The position numbers were made by a program, and so were the translations under genes. Below the pieces are notes generated by a model, which was not told the DNA's origin, ran no database searches, and saw only the letters and a program-made list of their open reading frames with translations. A stretch of DNA of 64,000 nt from Ilyomonas sp. (GTDB lineage Bacteria; Bacteroidota; Bacteroidia; Chitinophagales; Chitinophagaceae): the NCBI GenBank assembly GCA_965219515.1, contig OZ244776.1:891224-955223 (forward strand), read 5' to 3'. How positions within the stretch are numbered: position 1 is the stretch's first letter; each line of letters begins with the position of its first letter. Positions 57,954 to 64,000 of the stretch are shown piece by piece.

Positions 57954-58650
57954 GTCATCAGTCATAAGCCATCAGCCGTCAGCCGTCGGTTATAAAGTAT
58001 CAGATAAGAAAAGATGGCTGTTTATAATAATGATACTTATTGCTTACAACTTATTATTTACAACCTCCTCTGCCATTGCTCAAAAGGCGAATTCGTCCAT
58101 CAAACAAGGTAACGAAGCCTACCGGAAAAATAAGTTTGCAACAGCTATAAAAGATTACGCTAAAGCGCTGCAAAGCGATGAAAAAAATGTTACTGCCAGG
58201 TTTAATATGGCAAATGCCCAGCAGCGAAACGGCAACGAAGAAGCGTCTGCGGCTAATTATGATGATGTGATAAAAACAACAACTGATGCTGACATGCAGG
58301 CAAAAGCACACTATAATAAAGCGCTGGCTATGCTGCAACAGAAAAACGTAGGTGCTGCGGTAGATGCTTTTAAACAATCGCTGCGCCTTTCGCCGAATGA
58401 CAATGAGGCACGTGAAAACCTGCAAAAAGCTTTAAACGAGCAAAAAAAACAGCAGGAGCAAAATCAAAAGCAAAACCCGGATCAAAAGCAGCAACAGCAG
58501 CAGCAAAAAAAGGAACAAAAGCAACAGCCGAAGATGAACCGGGAGATGATGGAACAAAAATTTAAAGAGCTTCAGGAACAGGAAAAAAAACTGCAGAAAG
58601 ATTTGCAGAAACAAAAAACAAATCAGCAGGAGCAGGAAAAAGACTGGTAG
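57940..58650 (+). CDS. TPR protein (BatC-like) with Gln/Lys/Glu-rich tail
   Basis: TPR-like helices (GNEAYRKNKFATAIKDYAKALQ.., HYNKALAMLQQKNVGAAVDAFKQSLRL) followed by a Q/K/E low-complexity C-terminus. The true start may be the internal Met near 58030. Confidence 0.7.
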   Translation: MSRHKSSVISHQPSAVGYKVSDKKRWLFIIMILIAYNLLFTTSSAIAQKANSSIKQGNEAYRKNKFATAIKDYAKALQSDEKNVTARFNMANAQQRNGNEEASAANYDDVIKTTTDADMQAKAHYNKALAMLQQKNVGAAVDAFKQSLRLSPNDNEARENLQKALNEQKKQQEQNQKQNPDQKQQQQQQKKEQKQQPKMNREMMEQKFKELQEQEKKLQKDLQKQKTNQQEQEKDW

Positions 58651-58720
58651 CGTTCCGGAAAAGATGCGTTTATTTTTGCGGACTTTGATGATGTAAATTC
58701 AAAAGAAAATAACCTGTTTC

Positions 58721-59275
58721 ATGATACATATAACCGGACAAACAAGTTTGCAATACGATGAAAGTATTTCTCTTTGTAAAGAAATATTTGATAAAAAAAC
58801 CATTGACTACGGCACTTCCTGGCGCGTGTTGCGTACCATATCTGTTGTGGATCAGATTTTTATCAAAGCGCTGCGTATACGCAATCTTCAGGAAATAAAA
58901 GAGCAAATGATAAGTGATGATATTCCGGGAGAGTTCAAAGGCATCTTAAATTATGCGGTTATCGGTTTGATACAATTGCAATTGCCTTCCGCCATCGAAG
59001 ATTTATCAATTGAAACGGCATCCGGGTATTATCAGCAGCAAGTAAAAATCGCCAGGCAAACGATGATGGCGAAAAACCACGATTATGGTGAAGCCTGGCG
59101 CGATATGAGTCAGCAAAGCTTTGTTGATTTAATTCTAATGAAGCTCTTGCGCATCAAACAAATTTTACTGAACGAAGGCAGAACCTTAATCAGCGAAGGC
59201 ATTGATGCCAATTATATTGATATCATTAATTATGCGGCATTTGCGTTAATATTGATAACCGAAGAAAAGCAATAA
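58721..59275 (+). CDS. DUF1599 domain protein
   Basis: 184 aa with a duplicated helical motif (YGTSWRVLR...IKALRIRNL; YGEAWRDMS...MKLLRIKQI) typical of DUF1599. Confidence 0.75.
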   Translation: MIHITGQTSLQYDESISLCKEIFDKKTIDYGTSWRVLRTISVVDQIFIKALRIRNLQEIKEQMISDDIPGEFKGILNYAVIGLIQLQLPSAIEDLSIETASGYYQQQVKIARQTMMAKNHDYGEAWRDMSQQSFVDLILMKLLRIKQILLNEGRTLISEGIDANYIDIINYAAFALILITEEKQ

Positions 59276-59283
59276 GAGATTAC

Positions 59284-60402
59284 ATGAAAAGGAATTCCGT
59301 ATTGCTCATTATCCGCTGGATTGTGGGTATTTTATTTATTTTTTCCGGGCTGATAAAAGCCAATGATCCGTTGGGTCTTAGTTATAAAATGCAGGAGTTT
59401 TTTGAAGCCTGGCACATCACTTATCTCAACAGTTTCGCTTTACCGCTATCATTGGTAATGAATGTATTTGAAGTATTGGCCGGCATTGCCATCATTGCCG
59501 GCTGGCGGATGAAAGTAGTGAGTTGGCTGCTGCTTTTACTCATTGTTTTTTTTACGTTTCTTACCGGTTACGCAATGCTATCCGGCAGGTTTAAAAGCTG
59601 CGGCTGCTTTGGCGATTGTATTCCGCTTACACCTTCACAATCATTTATTAAAGATGTAGTTCTGCTTTTATTAATCATCGTTCTTGTCTTTCAACGTAAG
59701 CATATTATACAGCGTTTGCTTGTTCGGCGGTTATCTTTTATTATTCTTTTATTCACCCTTGCCGGCGTCTCTCTTTTTGAAAGCTACGTACTTACTTATT
59801 TGCCGGTATTAGATTGTTTGCCATACAAAGAAGGCAATGATATTTTACAGCAAATGAAAGTGCCCGATGGCGCCGTTAGCGATAGTTTTGCCATGACATT
59901 TACCTACAAAAAAAACGGCAGAGAAACAGAATTTGATGCCGAACATTTTCCTGACGATTTCGACAGCACGTATGAATTTGTTGGCAGATATGATAAATTG
60001 GTAAGGAAAGGCACTGCATCACCGCCGATTACCGATTTTGCTTTGCAAACAATTGGTGGAAATGATACCACTTCTGCCATTCTGAATCAGCCAAAATATG
60101 TGATGGCTTTTGTTCAGAATTTTGATAACTGGCAAAAACAATCAGATCAGTTTCAGATGATAGATGCATTTTGCAAAGCAAATCAGTTTCCGTTATTCGT
60201 GGTAACGCCTGTACCGCAGCAGGCAAGGCAAACTTTACCTGATATGTCTGATAAATATATTTTGCGTAGCGATGCCACCGTGCTGAAAACCGCAGCCCGC
60301 GTGAATGCTACTTACTTTGTTATGGAAAAAGCGCTAATTAAAAAGAAGGAAAGCTATGCCAATAAAAATGATATTGTAAAGTATCTCAACAGCAAAAAAT
60401 AA
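59284..60402 (+). CDS. DoxX/MauE-like membrane protein fused to a thioredoxin-fold-like domain (BT_3928-type)
   Basis: N-terminal 4-5 TM helices with FKSCGCFGDCIPL, then a C-terminal soluble domain (PITDFALQTIGGNDTTSAIL..YVMAFVQNFDNW). Sits at the usual position after DUF1599. Confidence 0.7.
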   Translation: MKRNSVLLIIRWIVGILFIFSGLIKANDPLGLSYKMQEFFEAWHITYLNSFALPLSLVMNVFEVLAGIAIIAGWRMKVVSWLLLLLIVFFTFLTGYAMLSGRFKSCGCFGDCIPLTPSQSFIKDVVLLLLIIVLVFQRKHIIQRLLVRRLSFIILLFTLAGVSLFESYVLTYLPVLDCLPYKEGNDILQQMKVPDGAVSDSFAMTFTYKKNGRETEFDAEHFPDDFDSTYEFVGRYDKLVRKGTASPPITDFALQTIGGNDTTSAILNQPKYVMAFVQNFDNWQKQSDQFQMIDAFCKANQFPLFVVTPVPQQARQTLPDMSDKYILRSDATVLKTAARVNATYFVMEKALIKKKESYANKNDIVKYLNSKK

Positions 60403-60410
60403 TTTTCGGT

Positions 60411-60701
60411 TCATTGAATTACAACCGCAGTAATTATATTTTCACCCAACGCTTCATTTACGCGTTCTATAATTTTTTCTTTCTGGTACAGCAATTCATT
60501 TTTTAGCGGGCCAACAGACGTATTAATAAAAAGTGTGCTGTTGATAATCTGAATTTTATCGGTATGCCGGGCAATGGTATTTCCCATAATTTGCTGCCAT
60601 ACTTCTTCAATCTGAACCGAGCGGATGCCGTTTTTTATATTGCTTTTGTTAATGAAATTTTTAAGTGCGCTGCCAATGTGATATTCGCTCATGTGATTCA
60701 T
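60411..60701 (-). CDS. DUF721 domain protein
   Basis: 96 aa. W..IMG..IA.HT....I.N..L.I...S......L..QK..I...N pattern. Confidence 0.65.
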   Translation of the reverse strand: MNHMSEYHIGSALKNFINKSNIKNGIRSVQIEEVWQQIMGNTIARHTDKIQIINSTLFINTSVGPLKNELLYQKEKIIERVNEALGENIITAVVIQ

Positions 60702-60869
60702 GTATTAAAATGAGAAATTCTGATGAATGTTGAAGAGTTTTTAAAACTTACAATCGAAAAAAAATAAATCAATTGTTGCCATGCTGTTTACCAGAAGTTG
60801 CAAAAGCCGGCAACGTAAATTTGTTTTCTGCATTTTTAATCATAACTCAACATTCTTAATTAAGGTAAG

Positions 60870-61529
60870 TTATATTTTAAGATAATTCATCAGCAGATCA
60901 TAATTTTCGCGAAGCTCATTTTCATACGCTTCTTCGCCAAAAAAATAGCGGATTATATAATCGTATCGCTGCAAGGTAGAAAGAACGTCAGACACTTCGG
61001 TTTTATTTAATTTTAGGGTAACGATAAACAAACCTGTGCCTGCTTCCGTATAGGTGTTCAACTGAACAATGCTGGCATTATTAGTTTCTACAAGCCTCGA
61101 CAACTCGCCGATTGCATACTGATTCCGTTCCATTTCAAGAACAATGATGGCACCCGATTCTTCCACATTCTGAAAAGCGGCGGCGGCATGTATAATTTCT
61201 GTTGCGCTGATAACACCCTGCAACTGTGTGTCTGTATTTATAACGGGCAACAGGCTTAGCTCGTTGGCAGAGATTGTTTTTAAAGCCGATAAAAAATGTT
61301 CGCCCGGCTGAACCGAAACTTTTATCAGCATTGGATGCAATGCGCCAATGCTGATTGATTCATCTTCATCAAGCAAATCTGTTTTTGATATGATGCCGGT
61401 ATATAATTCCTCTTCCGTTACCGGAAGATGCTGCACATCATAATCGTCCATAAACTGCAGGGCAAGCGATATGGTGTCGGAAAGGTGAACTATCGGATAG
61501 TTCACAATCGGAAGCTGGCTTACTAACAT
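60870..61529 (-). CDS. CBS domain pair protein
   Basis: 219 aa with two CBS-like modules (LPVTEEELYTGIISKTDLL; LLPVINTDTQLQGVISATEII) and a C-terminal ACT-like segment. Confidence 0.75.
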   Translation of the reverse strand: MLVSQLPIVNYPIVHLSDTISLALQFMDDYDVQHLPVTEEELYTGIISKTDLLDEDESISIGALHPMLIKVSVQPGEHFLSALKTISANELSLLPVINTDTQLQGVISATEIIHAAAAFQNVEESGAIIVLEMERNQYAIGELSRLVETNNASIVQLNTYTEAGTGLFIVTLKLNKTEVSDVLSTLQRYDYIIRYFFGEEAYENELRENYDLLMNYLKI

Positions 61530-61558
61530 TGCACGTTTTTATAGTGAGACAAAAAAAA

Positions 61559-62338
61559 TCACGCCATAGTTGCAGCAGGCTGTTTTAATTTTTTTAAGAA
61601 CACTTCTAAAATGTTATTGAATTCATCGGGTACTTCCATCATAGGAGCGTGCCCGCACTTATCTATAAAATGCAATTCGCTGTTGGGTAATAGCTTGTTA
61701 AACTCCTCGGCCACAAAAGGCGGCGTAATGGTATCATTCTTTCCCCAGATAAGCAGCGTTGGCTGAATAATCTGGTTCAGTTCCTCGCCTAAATTATTGC
61801 GGATGGCGCTTTTGGCAAGCGAAATAATTTTTATCACTTTCAGCCGGTTGTTGGTAATCTCGAATACTTCGTTTACCAGGTCATCCGTTGCTAAGTTGGG
61901 ATCGTAAAATGTAAGCTGCGTTTTTGTACGGATGTAATCCATATTACCGCGCTTGGGATAACTGTCGCCCATGCCACTTTCAAACAAACCCGAACTGCCC
62001 GTGAGCGTAAGCGATTTGATGCGCTCGGGATGTTTTAGTATGTGCACAAGCGCTACATGACCGCCAAGCGAATTGCCCAATAAATGAATGTTATTGTAAT
62101 TGCGAACCTCTATAAATTTATGAACAAACTTTTCAAATCCGCCAACCGTGGTATGAAAAATATCAAGTTCAAAAAGCGGTAGGAGCGGAACGATAACGAG
62201 GTATTGCTTCTTAAAATGCTCAATCAAATCCTGAAAATTACTCAACGCGCCAAATAATCCATGCAGCAGCAGTAACGGTTCGCCGCTGCCTTCTTCTATA
62301 AATTTAAACTTATCCTGCTGTTTTATTTGATATGCCAT
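61559..62338 (-). CDS. alpha/beta hydrolase
   Basis: LLLLHGLFG oxyanion region, GNSLGGHVA nucleophile elbow, and a C-terminal CGHAPMME His motif. Confidence 0.85.
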   Translation of the reverse strand: MAYQIKQQDKFKFIEEGSGEPLLLLHGLFGALSNFQDLIEHFKKQYLVIVPLLPLFELDIFHTTVGGFEKFVHKFIEVRNYNNIHLLGNSLGGHVALVHILKHPERIKSLTLTGSSGLFESGMGDSYPKRGNMDYIRTKTQLTFYDPNLATDDLVNEVFEITNNRLKVIKIISLAKSAIRNNLGEELNQIIQPTLLIWGKNDTITPPFVAEEFNKLLPNSELHFIDKCGHAPMMEVPDEFNNILEVFLKKLKQPAATMA

Positions 62339-62415
62339 GTAAGCTTGTTATAAATAAACCTTATTCTCAAAAATAACCAAGTCCTGCTAAAATACTGGTT
62401 TTGCCTGTAAGTATC

Positions 62416-62952
62416 TCATTTGCTTTTTTGAATGGTTTTGTCAAAAAAATCTTCCAGTTGCAAAAACATGTTTTTAAACCAGGGAATCACATCGCTGAAA
62501 ACGCTGATGGCTTTTGGTCCCCACGGTTGTATGAAATTATATAAATGAGAAGCGGAAATGGTTTCGCTGTTTATCAAATTAATTTTACCGGCATAAAATA
62601 ACCCGATGCTGAATACAATGGTATAAAGAATAAGATACAGTAAAATGCCTGCTATTTTATTGATGAAGCCAAGCATGGCAAACTGCAGCGTTTTTTCTAT
62701 TAAAACGGCTGCCATTCTTGTAATGATGGCAACGCCGACTAAAACAATAACGAAAGCCAGTACGGGTAACAAACGCTCGCCGAGGTTTGTGGTTCTGCCC
62801 AGCCAAACAGCTATGGTTGCCGATAATTTCAGCGCCGCGGCGAGACCGATAAAAATGGCAAAAAAAGAAAATATGGCAACAACAAATCCCTGGCTGAACC
62901 CTTTAAAAACAGCAAGTGCAAGAACCAGAAGATATATAATATCAATAATCAA
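62416..62952 (-). CDS. CvpA family membrane protein
   Basis: MIIDIIYLLVLALAVFKGFSQGF start and four TM helices, typical of CvpA. Confidence 0.8.
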   Translation of the reverse strand: MIIDIIYLLVLALAVFKGFSQGFVVAIFSFFAIFIGLAAALKLSATIAVWLGRTTNLGERLLPVLAFVIVLVGVAIITRMAAVLIEKTLQFAMLGFINKIAGILLYLILYTIVFSIGLFYAGKINLINSETISASHLYNFIQPWGPKAISVFSDVIPWFKNMFLQLEDFFDKTIQKSK

Positions 62953-63007
62953 GTGTCAGCCGGGATTTAATATCAGATACAATTCTAAATTATCAATTGC
63001 ATGTCTT

Positions 63008-63460
63008 TTACTTCGCCAATAAATCTTTAACCATTGCCGAAATTGTTTTACCGTCTGCCTTGCCCGCAAGTTGTCTGGAAGCAACGCCCATTACTTTACC
63101 CATATCGGCAGGCGACGAAGCGCCGGTGTCAGCAATAATTTTTTGTATTGCTTCGCTTAGTTCTTCGTTGCTTAACTGGGCAGGCATAAACTTTTCAATC
63201 ACGGCAAGTTCTTCCTGCTCTTTCTGCGCAAGATCGGGACGGTTTTGCTGAGTGAAAATTTCGAGAGAATCTTTTCTTTGTTTGATAATACGCTGCAGAA
63301 GCTTCAACTCGCCGTCTTCCGAAACCTGCCCGTTAGCGCCAGGTTCTGTTTTCGCTTTGATGATTTCAGCTTTAATAGCGCGAAGTCCGCGCAATGCCGC
63401 TTCATCTCTGGCTTTCATGGCATCTTTCAATTCAATCATCACTTTTGTTTCCAGGCTCAT
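63008..63460 (-). CDS. GatB/YqeY domain protein
   Basis: LKDAMKARDE..LRGLRAIKAEIIK...VIEKFMPAQLS..E....I..II...GA....DMGKVMG pattern, 150 aa. Confidence 0.85.
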   Translation of the reverse strand: MSLETKVMIELKDAMKARDEAALRGLRAIKAEIIKAKTEPGANGQVSEDGELKLLQRIIKQRKDSLEIFTQQNRPDLAQKEQEELAVIEKFMPAQLSNEELSEAIQKIIADTGASSPADMGKVMGVASRQLAGKADGKTISAMVKDLLAK

Positions 63461-63496
63461 ATTGTTTCATTTTTTTACGTTAAAAAGCAAGTTCAT

Positions 63497-63841
63497 TTAC
63501 TTCGCTTCTTCCGCCTGCAAAGCGCGAAATTTATTCATAAACTCTTTGGCAAAAGATTTAATATCGCCGGAAAGCTGCTGATAATTTGTAGCGCGCTGAT
63601 ATGTATCGGCCATCGTAACAAAAGTCTGATAAAAAAAATCGGTCATTTCATCTACCATCATATCTTTTGTCCAAAGGTCAATGCGCAGGGCGGTTTTTTC
63701 TGCATTGTCCCAGAAGGACAGCATCAGCGCCTTTGCTTTTTGCAGATCTTCCATCGAGCTGTCGGTTGCATTCCAGTTTATTTCGCTTACCAGTTTGTTT
63801 TCATCTCTGCTTACATCTATGGTTATCCTGGAGTTGTACAT
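63497..63841 (-). CDS. gldC: gliding motility protein GldC
   Basis: LRIDLWTKDMMVDEMTDFFYQTFVTMADTYQRAT is nearly identical to the Flavobacterium johnsoniae GldC core as I recall it (LRIDLWTKDMPVDEMKVFFHQTLVAMADTFQRAT). Confidence 0.9.
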   Translation of the reverse strand: MYNSRITIDVSRDENKLVSEINWNATDSSMEDLQKAKALMLSFWDNAEKTALRIDLWTKDMMVDEMTDFFYQTFVTMADTYQRATNYQQLSGDIKSFAKEFMNKFRALQAEEAK

Positions 63842-63874
63842 TGTTGTTTACTGATTAAGCGGCAAAAGTAGCAA

Positions 63875-64000
63875 CTATATTTTTTTATATGACAACGCTT
63901 TTGGTATAACATCTTGCAATTGAGAAGATGCCTCTGCTTTGGTATATTGTTTTGCTTTTTCAAAACCCGATTCTATCAGTTTGCTGCGCAGTGTTTCATC
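63875..64000 (-). CDS. 3' end of an upstream gene (C-terminus only; glycosyltransferase-like tail)
   Basis: Hand translation is open from the window edge to TAG at 63875-63877: DETLRSKLIESGFEKAKQYTKAEASSQLQDVIPKALSYKKI*. Too short to name. Confidence 0.45.
   Translation of the reverse strand, partial: DETLRSKLIESGFEKAKQYTKAEASSQLQDVIPKALSYKKI

Noticed and set aside
58440-58620. Repetitive CAG/CAA/AAA-rich DNA that could be a tandem repeat or CRISPR-like array.
   Set aside because: It is in frame within the TPR gene and encodes a Gln/Lys/Glu low-complexity tail. There is no fixed repeat unit or spacer structure. No CRISPR array is present anywhere in the window.
63245-63871. 208-aa plus-strand ORF spanning the antisense of the GatB/YqeY and gldC genes.
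   Set aside because: Both sense genes have strong family matches. The antisense product is Phe/Ile/His/Cys-rich with no motif, and it also reads through the intergenic gap.
1-64000. Scan of intergenic regions for tRNA, rRNA, tmRNA or other structured RNA genes.
   Set aside because: No cloverleaf-like GC-rich segments or rRNA-like conserved blocks were seen by eye. All sizeable gaps are AT-rich and unstructured. This is a by-eye negative, not a covariance-model search.

Overview
This window reads as a chromosomal segment of a Bacteroidota genome. Supporting signs are two T9SS type-A C-terminal sorting domains, gldC, a BatB/BatC-like pair and an 800-aa FtsX-type permease. A Chitinophagales/Sphingobacteriia-like origin is only a guess. 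The flanks are mostly housekeeping. On the left (1-23.3 kb): DsbD-like pair, purQ, YhhQ-type transporter, Na+/H+ antiporter, aconitase, DinB/YtxJ, ALDH7-like dehydrogenase, pdxJ, S9 peptidase, ABC permease. On the right (52-64 kb): gltX, cyclophilin, methyltransferase, class D beta-lactamase, VWA/TPR pair, DUF1599/DoxX, CBS, hydrolase, CvpA, YqeY, gldC. The centre (about 23.3-51.4 kb) is accessory. It holds a cytoplasmic protein-glutaminase-like gene and a complete IS903-group (IS5 family) element with 9-bp target duplication that splits a metallophosphoesterase gene. It also holds two tandem ~1023-aa secreted beta-helix/T9SS proteins. These converge on a 17-kb, 14-gene Wzx/Wzy/Wzc polysaccharide operon on the minus strand. 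That operon encodes a GDP-mannose 3,5-epimerase homolog and a fucosyltransferase-motif enzyme, but no Wza exporter and no priming transferase. Two further genes look decayed: a hexapeptide acyltransferase with one in-frame TAA, and a possibly frameshifted secreted protein. I saw no rRNA, tRNA, CRISPR array, reverse transcriptase, or recognisable defence or toxin-antitoxin cassette. The most system-like unexplained content is the twin T9SS beta-helix proteins together with the Wza-less, probably L-galactose-type polysaccharide locus. All functional calls rest on motif recognition by eye, with no database search.
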